Positions 1 to 8,038 of a stretch of DNA of 32,000 nt are shown piece by piece. Location: positions 870,001-902,000 of the forward strand of contig OY780959.1 of NCBI GenBank assembly GCA_963675915.1, read 5' to 3'. Position 1 is the stretch's first letter. Every line of letters starts with the position of its first letter. A program made the translations under genes and the position numbers. Source of the DNA: Coprobacillaceae bacterium. Lineage in GTDB: Bacteria; Bacillota_I; Bacilli_A; Erysipelotrichales; Coprobacillaceae. A model generated the notes under the pieces. It had not been told where the DNA came from, ran no database searches, and saw nothing but the letters and a program-made list of their open reading frames with translations.

Positions 1-982
1 AACGGGTCGCATCGATCACATAATTGATTGCCGTTGGATGGTGGGCATAATCATCGACGTAAATATTATTTCCAATTTTTTGAACCGAATAACGGCGTTG
101 AGTCCCCTCGAATGTCGCCAGTTGTTTTTGCAAGAAAGCGGCATCCATGTTTTCAAGATAACCCAAAGTGATGATCGCCAACGAATTATAAAGCATATGA
201 TTGCCAAAGAACGGCAAGTTGAAATGACCGAACAGTTCTCCGTGGATGGTCACATCAAAATGCAGTCCGTCGCTTGACTGAATCACATTTTTGGCAATCA
301 CATCATTATCGCTGTTGATCCCGAAACGGATCACATGATTGTCGAAATTGATTTTCCGGATGTTCTTGTCATCACCCCAGACAATCACGGTATCCTTGAC
401 TTGTCTGGCGAATTTTGCGAATGATTCGATATAATTTTCCAGGGTATGGAAATAATCAACATGATCCAATTCGATATTGTTGATTATGGCATATTTGGGA
501 TAATAAGAAAGGAAATGATCCTGATACTCGCAAGTTTCCGCAATGAAATACTTTGAGTCCTTGAGACCATGACCCACCCCGTCACCAATCAAAACCGAAG
601 TCTTGTCAAAATCTTTGAAGACATGATAAGCCATTCCGGTGGTGGTGGTTTTACCGTGAGTCCCGGCAATTGCAATCGATTCGTAGTTTTCCATGAATTT
701 TCCTAAAAAACTGAAATAACGGTCATAAGTGACATTGGGATTTTCCAAAGTCGCTTTGACTTCCTCGTTGGTATCGTCGAAGGCATTCCCGATAATGACA
801 TGGTAACCATCCTTGATATTGTTTTTATCAAAAGAGTAGACCGGAATGTTCCGTTTCTCCAGTTCCGCCTGAGTGAAAATGTATTTGTCGATATCACTTC
901 CGGCCACCTCATGCCCCAAATCGTGCATGATACAGGCCAGGGGTCCCATTCCCGAACCCTTGATTCCAATAAAATAATCCAT
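1..982 (-). CDS. murC: UDP-N-acetylmuramate--L-alanine ligase MurC, 3' end cut by the window edge
   Basis: Absent from the ORF track because it runs off the left edge. Hand translation from the ATG at 982-980 gives MDYFIGIKGSGMGPLACIMHDLGHEVAGSD...IAGTHGKTTTTGM (Mur-ligase P-loop). The last codons at the edge read YVDDYAHHPTAINYVIDATR (MurC DDYAHHPT motif). It starts 4 nt after the upstream stop. Confidence 0.9.
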   Translation of the reverse strand, partial: MDYFIGIKGSGMGPLACIMHDLGHEVAGSDIDKYIFTQAELEKRNIPVYSFDKNNIKDGYHVIIGNAFDDTNEEVKATLENPNVTYDRYFSFLGKFMENYESIAIAGTHGKTTTTGMAYHVFKDFDKTSVLIGDGVGHGLKDSKYFIAETCEYQDHFLSYYPKYAIINNIELDHVDYFHTLENYIESFAKFARQVKDTVIVWGDDKNIRKINFDNHVIRFGINSDNDVIAKNVIQSSDGLHFDVTIHGELFGHFNLPFFGNHMLYNSLAIITLGYLENMDAAFLQKQLATFEGTQRRYSVQKIGNNIYVDDYAHHPTAINYVIDATR

Positions 983-985
983 ATT

Positions 986-2068
986 CTATCTCTCCTTTAA
1001 AATGATCAGTTCTTTGGAAAAACCATTGAGACTGACCGCCCCTTCTTGGGTAACCAAAACCAAATCTTCAATTCGGACCCCCAGTTCATCTTTGAGATAT
1101 ATCCCCGGTTCGATTGAAAAAATCATCCCCGGAGTCACTTCAGTTTCAAAACTGGCGGAAACATCACCATATTCATGAACATCACGGCCGATGAAATGAC
1201 CCAGCCGGTGATTGAAATATTCACCATATCCAGCTGCCTCGATATATTCTCTAGCCACAGCGTCGATCTCCTTGAGTTTTACCCCTGGTTTAATCATCGC
1301 CTGAGCTTTGAGGTTGGCTTCTTTGACGATTTCATAAATCTTCCGGTGAGTCGGTTCAACCGCTTCAAAAAAGAAAGTTCTGGTCATGTCGGAGCAGTAG
1401 TCCTGATAGCGACATCCGATATCAACAACGATACTGTCACCGCGTTTAAGGGTGCTGGAATCCAATTCATGATGCGGATTGGCTCCGTTATGGCCAAAGG
1501 CGATGATTGGTTCGAAACTGAACCCGTCACTGCCAAGTTCCCGGTAAATCTCATCCAACTTGTCTTTAAGTTCAACTTCACTGTAGGCCCCGGTGGCAAT
1601 TTCACGCGCCAAAAGTTCCATGGCCTGATCATTGATTTTCGAAGCAATCACCATTTTTTCGATCTCAGTTTCATCCTTGACCATCCGTACTTCATCAACG
1701 CACGATGATCCCAAGGTGAAATGAATCTCATCGAAAACAGTTTGCAGTTCAAGCAGGAAGCGGGCCGGAAGGTCTTTGTCGACTCCGATTCGAGTAAGCT
1801 TGTTAAACACCGGTGACACCACCGAAGCCAAAGCATCGGTGTCGTCATACCAGACAATTTCCAGATCCAACTTCATATCAAGATAGAACAGCCGGTTCAT
1901 GATCAAAGTCAGTTTCCCGGTTTTAGTGACAACAAGGCCATAAAACCGTTCCCCGGGATGATTATGATAACCAATCAAATAAGCAATGGTTTTAGGATCA
2001 GTGATCAAAATTGCATCAAGCTGGCCTTTGACAATTTTGTCAACGACAGCAACAAGACGATTATTCAC
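986..2068 (-). CDS. M24-family Xaa-Pro aminopeptidase/dipeptidase
   Basis: 360-aa ORF with a creatinase-like N-terminal domain and an M24 pita-bread core (VVDIGCRYQDYCSDMTRT, HRLGHFIGRDVHE, FSIEPGIY, RIEDLV). GTG start preceded by AGGTGA. Overlaps the aspS stop by 8 nt. Confidence 0.85.
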   Translation of the reverse strand: MNNRLVAVVDKIVKGQLDAILITDPKTIAYLIGYHNHPGERFYGLVVTKTGKLTLIMNRLFYLDMKLDLEIVWYDDTDALASVVSPVFNKLTRIGVDKDLPARFLLELQTVFDEIHFTLGSSCVDEVRMVKDETEIEKMVIASKINDQAMELLAREIATGAYSEVELKDKLDEIYRELGSDGFSFEPIIAFGHNGANPHHELDSSTLKRGDSIVVDIGCRYQDYCSDMTRTFFFEAVEPTHRKIYEIVKEANLKAQAMIKPGVKLKEIDAVAREYIEAAGYGEYFNHRLGHFIGRDVHEYGDVSASFETEVTPGMIFSIEPGIYLKDELGVRIEDLVLVTQEGAVSLNGFSKELIILKER

Positions 2069-3809
2069 TTTCCTTCACCTGAATTCCCAGTTCATCTAGT
2101 TGGTCACTGCTTACCGGTTGAGGAGCTTGAGTCATCGGACATTTGCTGGCGGCATTTTTAGGGAATGCAATAACATCACGGATTGAATCCGAATTAGTCA
2201 GCAACATTGCCAGACGGTCAAGTCCCAATGCGAATCCCCCATGAGGAGGAGTTCCGTATTTCAAGGCATCGACAAACCAACCGAATTGGCTGGCAATCTG
2301 TTCTTTGGTGAATCCCAGAGCTTCGAAAGCTTTCTGTTGAAGTTCTTCTTCATAGATTCTTTGTGATCCCCCACCAAGTTCATAACCGTTAAGGACGATA
2401 TCGTATGAATCAGACAGACAAGTGTCCTTTTCGATCAGCATTTTGTCTTCATCGCTCGCCAATGGACGGGTGAACGGATGGTGTTTTGCATAGTAACGGG
2501 CAGTTTCTTCATCGTACTCGAACATCGGGAAGTCAACCACCCAAGTGAAGGCGTAAGTGTCCGGTTCATAAAGTTCCAGATCTTTAGCCAGCTTGTTGCG
2601 GAGGTTACCCAGGGCATCACAGACAATTTCGAACTTGTCAGCGCCAAAGAGCAACAAGTCGTTGTCCTGAGCATCCATTTTTTCCAACAACGATGTCAGT
2701 TGTTCTTCATTGAAGAATTTGACAATCGGTCCGGCTGGTTTGCCATCAGTCATTTTGATATATGGCAATCCTTTGGCTTTGTAGGTTTTGACAAAATCAG
2801 TCAGTTTGTCCAGCTTTTTGCGGGAATAATCCTTAGCTACGTTTTTGACATTGATTCCTTTGACAAAACCACCGTTTTCAAGGGCGCTTTCGAATACCTT
2901 GAATTCCACTCCCTTAACTGTTTCATTAAGATCAACCAGTTTAAGGTCGAAGCGGATATCCGGTTTGTCAAGTCCGTAATTGTCCATCGCTTCTTGCCAG
3001 GTCATTCTTTGGATTGGCAATTCGATCTCAATTCCTTTGACTTCTTTCATGACTTTGAATAACAGTCCCTCAGCCATGGTCAGGATTTCATCGGTTGTCA
3101 TGAATGACATTTCAACGTCCACTTGAGTGAACTCCAGCTGACGGTCAGCTCTTAAATCCTCATCACGGAAACAACGGGCGATTTGATAGTATTTTTCAAA
3201 CCCTGAAACCATCAGCAACTGTTTGAACAGCTGTGGTGATTGGGGCAAGGCGTAGAATGAACCGTTATGGACACGGGAAGGAACCAGGAAATCACGGGCC
3301 CCTTCAGGAGTTGAAAGGTTCAGATATGGAGTCTCCACATCGACGAAATCCAGATTATCAAGATAATTTCTGATCGTTCTGGTGATTTTATGTCTGGTCA
3401 TGATTTTTTGTTGCATCACCGGACGACGCAAATCCAGATAACGGTATTGCAGACGCAATTCTTCCAAAGCATCAGTTTTGTCGTTGATGATCATCGGTGA
3501 CAATTTTGCCCCATTGATGACAGACACTGCAGTAGCTTCGATTTCGATATCACCGGTTGCCATATTCGGATTTTTTGATTGGCGTTCGATAACTTTACCG
3601 ACTACATGGATGATATATTCGTTTTTGATTTCGCGAACCGTTTCTTCAAAAGATTCATCGAAGACGATTTGGGTGATTCCATAGCGGTCACGCAAATCCA
3701 GGAATAACAATGATCCCAGATTTCTTTTTTTGGCAACCCAGCCTTTAAGTTCGACTGTCTCGTTGACATTAGCGATTGTAAGTTCGCCATTATTATGTGT
3801 TCTATTCAT
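2061..3809 (-). CDS. aspS: Aspartyl-tRNA synthetase
   Basis: 582 aa with class II aaRS motifs (FRDEDLRADRQLEFTQVD, GGGSQRI, PPHGGFALGLDRL) and an N-terminal OB anticodon-binding domain. Its start overlaps the hisS stop by 8 nt. Confidence 0.97.
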   Translation of the reverse strand: MNRTHNNGELTIANVNETVELKGWVAKKRNLGSLLFLDLRDRYGITQIVFDESFEETVREIKNEYIIHVVGKVIERQSKNPNMATGDIEIEATAVSVINGAKLSPMIINDKTDALEELRLQYRYLDLRRPVMQQKIMTRHKITRTIRNYLDNLDFVDVETPYLNLSTPEGARDFLVPSRVHNGSFYALPQSPQLFKQLLMVSGFEKYYQIARCFRDEDLRADRQLEFTQVDVEMSFMTTDEILTMAEGLLFKVMKEVKGIEIELPIQRMTWQEAMDNYGLDKPDIRFDLKLVDLNETVKGVEFKVFESALENGGFVKGINVKNVAKDYSRKKLDKLTDFVKTYKAKGLPYIKMTDGKPAGPIVKFFNEEQLTSLLEKMDAQDNDLLLFGADKFEIVCDALGNLRNKLAKDLELYEPDTYAFTWVVDFPMFEYDEETARYYAKHHPFTRPLASDEDKMLIEKDTCLSDSYDIVLNGYELGGGSQRIYEEELQQKAFEALGFTKEQIASQFGWFVDALKYGTPPHGGFALGLDRLAMLLTNSDSIRDVIAFPKNAASKCPMTQAPQPVSSDQLDELGIQVKESE

Positions 3810-5082
3810 GATGATGATCTGCTCCTCCGATTTTTTCTTCCAAATAGCTTACCATGTCCCCAAGGTCAACTTCTTCCTGGTCTCTGGTGCTGGTATTTCT
3901 GAATATTACTTTTTCCTTTTCAAGTTCACTGTCCCCGATGATCATTGCGAATTTAGCATTGAAACGGTCAACTGACTTGAACTGACCTTTGAAACTACGT
4001 CCTTGGTAGTCAAGATCAATCTTGAATCCATTGGCACGAAGCATGGCCGCAATCTGCACAGAAAGGTCCAAAGCCGCTTCGCCCATCGGCATGATGTAGC
4101 AGTCAAGTCCTTCATCTTCACCAAGGTCATCGCCTACTGCCAGCATGATCCGTTCCAGTCCAAAAGCGAATCCTACTGCCGGAGTTGGTGCTCCGCCCAG
4201 TTCACCGATTAGACCATTGTAACGGCCTCCTCCACCGATGGTCGCTCCGTTGCCAAGCCGTTTGTCATCACTGATGATTTCAAAAACGGTATGGTTGTAG
4301 TAATCCAACCCTCGCACTAATGAAGAATCGACTTCATATTCGATTTCCAAATCATCAAGCAATGAACACACTTTATCAAAATGCGCTTTGGCCGATTCAC
4401 TCAGGTGATCAGTTGTTTTGGGGGCGTCTTTCATGATTGGGTGATCATGGTCAACCTTACAGTCAAGAATTCGCAGGGGATTGCTTTCAAAACGATTTTG
4501 ACAGTCGCTGCAAAGCTCACCTAACGCCGGGCGGAAATAATCTTTCAAAACTTCGCGATAACGATCACGGCTTTCGATATCTCCAAGCGTATTGACGTGC
4601 AGTTTGATATCTTGAATTCCCAGGGTTTCCACCAAAGTGATGGCCATCGCCATGCATTCCACATCAAGATATGGCGATTCGTATCCGATCATTTCCACAC
4701 CGAACTGATGGAACTGGCGCTGACGTCCTTGTTGAGGACGTTCATAACGGAACATCGGTCCCATGTAGAACAGTTTTTGAACTTTTTCCGGATTGGCATA
4801 AAGTTTGTTTTGGATATAGCTGCGGGCTACCCCGGCTGTCCCTTCAGGCCGCAAGGTCATTGAACGGCCTTTTTTGTCGTCGAAAGTGTACATTTCCTTA
4901 TTGACTACATCGGTAGTTTCTCCCACTGAACGGACGAACAGTTCAGTCTGTTCGAAAATCGGCGTACGGATTTCTTCAACATTATAGTATGAGCAGATTG
5001 ATCTGATCAGCTGTTCAAGTTCCTGCCATTTTTTGGATTCTTGAGGTAAGATATCAACTGTACCTCTAGGTGCTTTTATCAT
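3802..5082 (-). CDS. hisS: Histidyl-tRNA synthetase
   Basis: MIKAPRGTVDILP..., MFRYERPQQGRQRQFHQFGVE, GGGRYNGL. The track ORF begins at 5160 inside the T-box leader. I chose the ATG at 5082 because it is preceded by AAAAGGAGAAG. Confidence 0.95.
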   Translation of the reverse strand: MIKAPRGTVDILPQESKKWQELEQLIRSICSYYNVEEIRTPIFEQTELFVRSVGETTDVVNKEMYTFDDKKGRSMTLRPEGTAGVARSYIQNKLYANPEKVQKLFYMGPMFRYERPQQGRQRQFHQFGVEMIGYESPYLDVECMAMAITLVETLGIQDIKLHVNTLGDIESRDRYREVLKDYFRPALGELCSDCQNRFESNPLRILDCKVDHDHPIMKDAPKTTDHLSESAKAHFDKVCSLLDDLEIEYEVDSSLVRGLDYYNHTVFEIISDDKRLGNGATIGGGGRYNGLIGELGGAPTPAVGFAFGLERIMLAVGDDLGEDEGLDCYIMPMGEAALDLSVQIAAMLRANGFKIDLDYQGRSFKGQFKSVDRFNAKFAMIIGDSELEKEKVIFRNTSTRDQEEVDLGDMVSYLEEKIGGADHHHE

Positions 5083-5099
5083 AACTTCTCCTTTTCTTA

Positions 5100-5312
5100 A
5101 ACAAAAAAACGCCCTTGAATAAGGACGTAATAAACGCGGTACCACCTTAATTCGTGCCAATTGGCACGCTCTCTTTGTCTTAACGCGACTAACGTTTACT
5201 TCTACTTATTTCAAAGTAACTCTTCACGAGTGTCCCATAGTTTCCAAATCAATATTCTCACCAGCCATATTGTCTCTGCAATTTATTCACTATTTAATCC
5301 CGATCATTAGAT
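5100..5312 (-). promoter_or_regulatory. T-box leader (tRNA-sensing riboswitch) of the hisS-aspS operon, with an intrinsic terminator
   Basis: The minus strand reads AATTAAGGTGGTACCGCG (5152-5135), the conserved T-box sequence. This is followed by the hairpin CGUCCUU-AUUC-AAGGGCG (5127-5110) and a U7 tract (5109-5103). Upstream are an AGAGA motif and a candidate specifier region GGGACACUCG (GACAC at 5234-5230). Confidence 0.8.
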
Positions 5313-5319
5313 TAAGTTC

Positions 5320-5348
5320 ATTATATAAAAACCACTGATAAAAATCAA
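5320..5348 (-). promoter_or_regulatory. Sigma-A-type promoter P1 upstream of the T-box leader
   Basis: Minus strand: TTGATT (5348-5343), 17-nt spacer, TATAAT (5325-5320). The module is duplicated at 5672-5700. Confidence 0.6.
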
Positions 5349-5496
5349 GTGATATCAACCCCAGACCCCAATAATATTTGGGCCGGTTAAAAGGCGAATA
5401 ATCACTTACCAAAATCGGTCCTTAATTTAAACAAAAATGAAATCACCCCACTTTAAAAGCCACCAATCCTGCCGATAAGCACTTTTAAAAACGGTT

Positions 5497-5610
5497 GGAA
5501 AATTAATGATGCTAGAACCTTCAAGGTCCTAGCACCATTTTGGTATTACAAGAAGACTGTCTTTTATTCAAAGCACCACCTCCATTATAATCATAATTCA
5601 ATTGAATAGT
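5497..5610 (-). repeat. Intergenic repeat R1 (about 110 nt) containing a terminator-like hairpin
   Basis: Similar by eye, with scattered mismatches, to 6543-6660. The hairpin arms are at 5508-5519 and 5525-5536. All 12 positions pair in the minus-strand RNA (two are G-U), whereas the plus strand would have A-C mismatches. The hairpin is followed on the minus strand by AUUAAUUUU. Confidence 0.7.
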
Positions 5611-5671
5611 TGAATCCCCAGCTAAACAGTTTTAAAATCAAGCTATTTATCCAGGTCTTCTTCCTAATCAC

Positions 5672-5700
5672 ATTATATAACAATAATTGATAAAAATCAA
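5672..5700 (-). promoter_or_regulatory. Duplicate promoter module P2 with no obvious downstream gene
   Basis: Minus strand: TTGATT (5700-5695), 17-nt spacer, TATAAT (5677-5672). The -35 and -10 blocks and the flanking bases (cattatataa / tgataaaaatcaagtg) are identical to P1. The next downstream element is the R1 hairpin. Confidence 0.5.
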
Positions 5701-5752
5701 GTGTCGCAATCCCTAATCCCAGTGCTTAGCCGATGGCCCTAAAAACGGGATT

Positions 5753-6445
5753 TTATTTGGCAAAGAAAGAAATCGATCCGATTTGATAAAGACTGGCCTG
5801 GTTGTCGAAGCGTTCCTGCGGTTCGCCCTCCGGTTTGGCCTCAACCATGATTTGGGCCGCTTCTTTGATTTTTGTGACAATCGAAGCCGGATAACTCAAA
5901 TCGTGATGGCTGGCATAGACAATGTCGAAACAGTTAGCCATCTTTTCCAGTTTAGCCATGCTGGCAATCAAAGCCTCGAAGTTGCGGCCGGGACCAAACA
6001 TAAAGATCGGGACTTTTTGGATTGAATCTCCACCAATCAAAAAACGTTTGTCCCGTTCCAGCAAAGCGATGCTGCCAGGAGTGTGGCCTGGCAGATGAAG
6101 CACCTCGAAACGGTAAGCTCCGATTTCGATTAAATCGCCCTCCCAGATGGGCTGCATTGCAACCGGGTTGACATTTTTGGCTTGATAGTAATCAAACTCA
6201 CTTGGATGCATGAATCGGATAGGAAAGTCCTTGGAATCACCGACATGATCACTGTCGCCATGGGTGAACACCACTTTGACAGGCAAGTTTATAAACTGTT
6301 GAATTTGACGGGCCAGCTTGTTGCCGCCAACCCCGGTATCGATCAGCACCATTTCTTTGGCACCCACCACCAAAAAACTGCGGACAAAACCCATCTCGAT
6401 ACTGTAAAAATTTTCCCTGATCAGGTTGAATTGATATTGTTCCAT
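5753..6445 (-). CDS. MBL-fold metallo-hydrolase
   Basis: VVFTHGDSDHVGD (an HxHxDH-like motif reading H-G-D-S-D-H), LHLPGHTPGSIALL and ASHH. I chose the start at MEQYQF (ATG 6445) behind GGGAGGA. An extended -10 box, TGCTACAAT, is present at about 6482-6490. Confidence 0.8.
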   Translation of the reverse strand: MEQYQFNLIRENFYSIEMGFVRSFLVVGAKEMVLIDTGVGGNKLARQIQQFINLPVKVVFTHGDSDHVGDSKDFPIRFMHPSEFDYYQAKNVNPVAMQPIWEGDLIEIGAYRFEVLHLPGHTPGSIALLERDKRFLIGGDSIQKVPIFMFGPGRNFEALIASMAKLEKMANCFDIVYASHHDLSYPASIVTKIKEAAQIMVEAKPEGEPQERFDNQASLYQIGSISFFAK

Positions 6446-6542
6446 CTTTTTTCCTCCCGGTTTTCCCTTTTGCTTATAGATATTGTAGCATGTCCAACCT
6501 AACTGTCCTAACATTCTTATTATTGATGTTGCAAAATATTTC

Positions 6543-6660
6543 CTAAAATTAATGGTGCTAGAACCTTTAAGGTTCTAGCACCATTTCTATATTACAAGAA
6601 GATTTACTTTTATTCAAAGCACCACCTCCGTTATAATACCCATTTATTTGATTCAATTAA
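6543..6660 (-). repeat. Intergenic repeat R2 with a perfect 12-bp hairpin, probably the terminator of the sipW operon
   Basis: ggtgctagaacc (6554-6565), tttaa, ggttctagcacc (6571-6582), followed on the minus strand by AUUAAUUUU. It lies 80 nt downstream of the sipW stop and is a copy of R1. Confidence 0.7.
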
Positions 6661-6662
6661 TA

Positions 6663-7154
6663 CTATGATGACTTGATGTCTTTTTTTTCAAACAGACGCG
6701 GCATATAGGATATTAGAATCATCAGCGCAACCAGTGAAGCCAGAGCGATTTTTCCCTCGAAACTGACTACATAGACTGCCACATATCCCAGATATGGAAT
6801 TGTGAACATCGGCACCCCGACAATGTTGTTGAAGGCAACCGGTTTGAAATCCGGTGTATTGTTTGCATCACCTTTAGTGGTATAAAGCATATTTTCTTCA
6901 TCTATTTCAATCACTCGGTGAGTCACTAGAGTGTTGGCATTCATATAGAATGTAATCGAATCGTTCACTTCAATCTTGTCGAAATCCTCATCTACGAAAA
7001 TCAGACTTCCAACATGATATGTGGGTTCCATGCTGCCCGAAAGGACAACATAAGGAGTCACGCCAAACAATCTTGGAACATACATCATTGCCATAAAAGC
7101 AATGATGATAACTATTACAGTATTTGTTGCTATATTGATAACTTTACCAGTCAT
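6663..7154 (-). CDS. sipW: Signal peptidase I, archaeal/ER (SipW) type
   Basis: 163 aa with an N-terminal TM segment, VLSGSMEPT (catalytic Ser), THRV (His in place of the Lys of P-type SPases), TKGDAN and a C-terminal TM segment, as in Bacillus subtilis SipW. Its start overlaps the upstream stop (TAATG). Confidence 0.85.
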   Translation of the reverse strand: MTGKVINIATNTVIVIIIAFMAMMYVPRLFGVTPYVVLSGSMEPTYHVGSLIFVDEDFDKIEVNDSITFYMNANTLVTHRVIEIDEENMLYTTKGDANNTPDFKPVAFNNIVGVPMFTIPYLGYVAVYVVSFEGKIALASLVALMILISYMPRLFEKKDIKSS

Positions 7155-8038
7155 TACTCTTGGTCTCTTCTTTTCTTACCAAAGAATAAGAATCTAATCA
7201 AAATTGCCAGCAACAATAATGAGAAAAATCCAACTACTGCGATAGTGCTTGTATTCCAGAAACCGCCTGATGTAGGGACATCGTCATCGTCGATATCGAT
7301 ATCATCGTCATCATCAACGTCAGTTCCATCGTCATCATCAACATCAGTTCCATCATCACCTGTACCGTCATCGGTTGTCGGCACATCATCATCATCGATA
7401 TCTGTACCGGTATCTCCTTGGTCAGGTTCGACTACAGTAATTCCAGTTCCGGTACCCGGATTGATAATAACTGTGGTTCCATCACCTGCGGTATCGTCAG
7501 CGTCACCACCACCGCCACCTCCACCGATAAGGGTGTAGATGAAAGTGATTTGAACTCCGTCTTGGTCGATAGTTGCCGATTTAGCTGCGGCATCAACAGC
7601 ATAGTTTTCAATCTCTTCTGCAATCACACTGACCAAGGCTCCTTTTTCAGTAACCTTTACCAGTGGGGTTGCCAATTGATTTCCTTCTTCATCAAGGTAG
7701 TTTACCTGATATGTGACTTGATCGATAATTAATCGATACTGCGCCACGAATGTCTCTTCACGGGTGACTTCATCTGGAAGTTCCGGAGAATATCCAGTGA
7801 AGTAGTACCCTTCTTCAGGCATTACCAATGCATTAAGCAAATCTTTTTGAGTTTCATCAAAGACATCGCCGTAATCATAAACTGCGATCAGCTCATCATC
7901 ATCAAGGATCATTCCATGACTTCCGGCTTTAAGGATAATGTTATAACTGCGTAACGCATCGACTGGGGTAAAAGCCATAAACATCATTACCAGTGCACTG
8001 AGCATTACGAACAATGATTTACTTTTCACTTTTACCAC
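7154..8038 (-). CDS. Surface adhesin-like protein: signal peptide, Listeria-Bacteroides-repeat-like and MucBP-like domains, Gly6 and poly-Asp stalk, LPXTG-like C-terminal anchor
   Basis: The signal peptide reads KSKSLFVMLSALVMMFMAFTPVDA. PEEGYYFTGYSPELP...FVAQY is tentatively a Flg_new-like repeat, and YQVNYLDEEGNQLATP...ITFIYT is tentatively MucBP-like. The stalk reads GGGGGGDADD...DVDDDDGTDVDDDDDIDIDDDD. The C-terminus is VPTSGG, a hydrophobic segment, then GKKRRDQE. The start is GTG at 8038 or 8029. Confidence 0.7.
   Translation of the reverse strand: MVKVKSKSLFVMLSALVMMFMAFTPVDALRSYNIILKAGSHGMILDDDELIAVYDYGDVFDETQKDLLNALVMPEEGYYFTGYSPELPDEVTREETFVAQYRLIIDQVTYQVNYLDEEGNQLATPLVKVTEKGALVSVIAEEIENYAVDAAAKSATIDQDGVQITFIYTLIGGGGGGGDADDTAGDGTTVIINPGTGTGITVVEPDQGDTGTDIDDDDVPTTDDGTGDDGTDVDDDDGTDVDDDDDIDIDDDDVPTSGGFWNTSTIAVVGFFSLLLLAILIRFLFFGKKRRDQE
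7303..7357 (-). repeat. 24-bp tandem repeat (about 2.3 copies) inside the acidic stalk coding region
   Basis: Units 7303-7326 and 7327-7350 differ at one base. On the minus strand they encode GTDVDDDD GTDVDDDD. Confidence 0.8.

Noticed and set aside
1175-3062. Long plus-strand ORFs inside the peptidase and aspS genes (1175-1708 and 2478-3062). Similar ORFs lie inside relA (17453-17923), recJ (20546-20908), htpG (23168-23458) and pnp (31130-31723).
   Set aside because: These are shadow ORFs antisense to genes with unambiguous conserved motifs. They have low-complexity or odd composition and no ribosome-binding sites.
5083-5160. 5' extension of the hisS ORF (MARIKVVPRLLRPYSRAFFCLRKGEV). There are analogous extensions of the MBL gene (6446-6514), the pilT-like gene (12696-12749) and pfkA (29703-29780).
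   Set aside because: The extensions cover a T-box/terminator, an upstream gene or promoter sequence, and they lack an RBS. The internal ATGs have strong Shine-Dalgarno sequences and give canonical N-termini.
5560-5590. Tiny ORF ATGGAGGTGGTGCTTTGA (MEVVL) inside repeat R1, considered as a possible leader peptide.
   Set aside because: The ATG is ACG in the R2 copy and there is no RBS. The conserved bases are better explained as RNA structure.
7014-7538. 174-aa plus-strand ORF rich in Ser/Pro (SSSSISISSSSSTSVPSSSS...PPPPPPP) that looks like a cell-wall-spanning protein.
   Set aside because: It is the antisense reading of the poly-Asp/Gly stalk of the minus-strand adhesin. It has no RBS and overlaps two well-supported genes.
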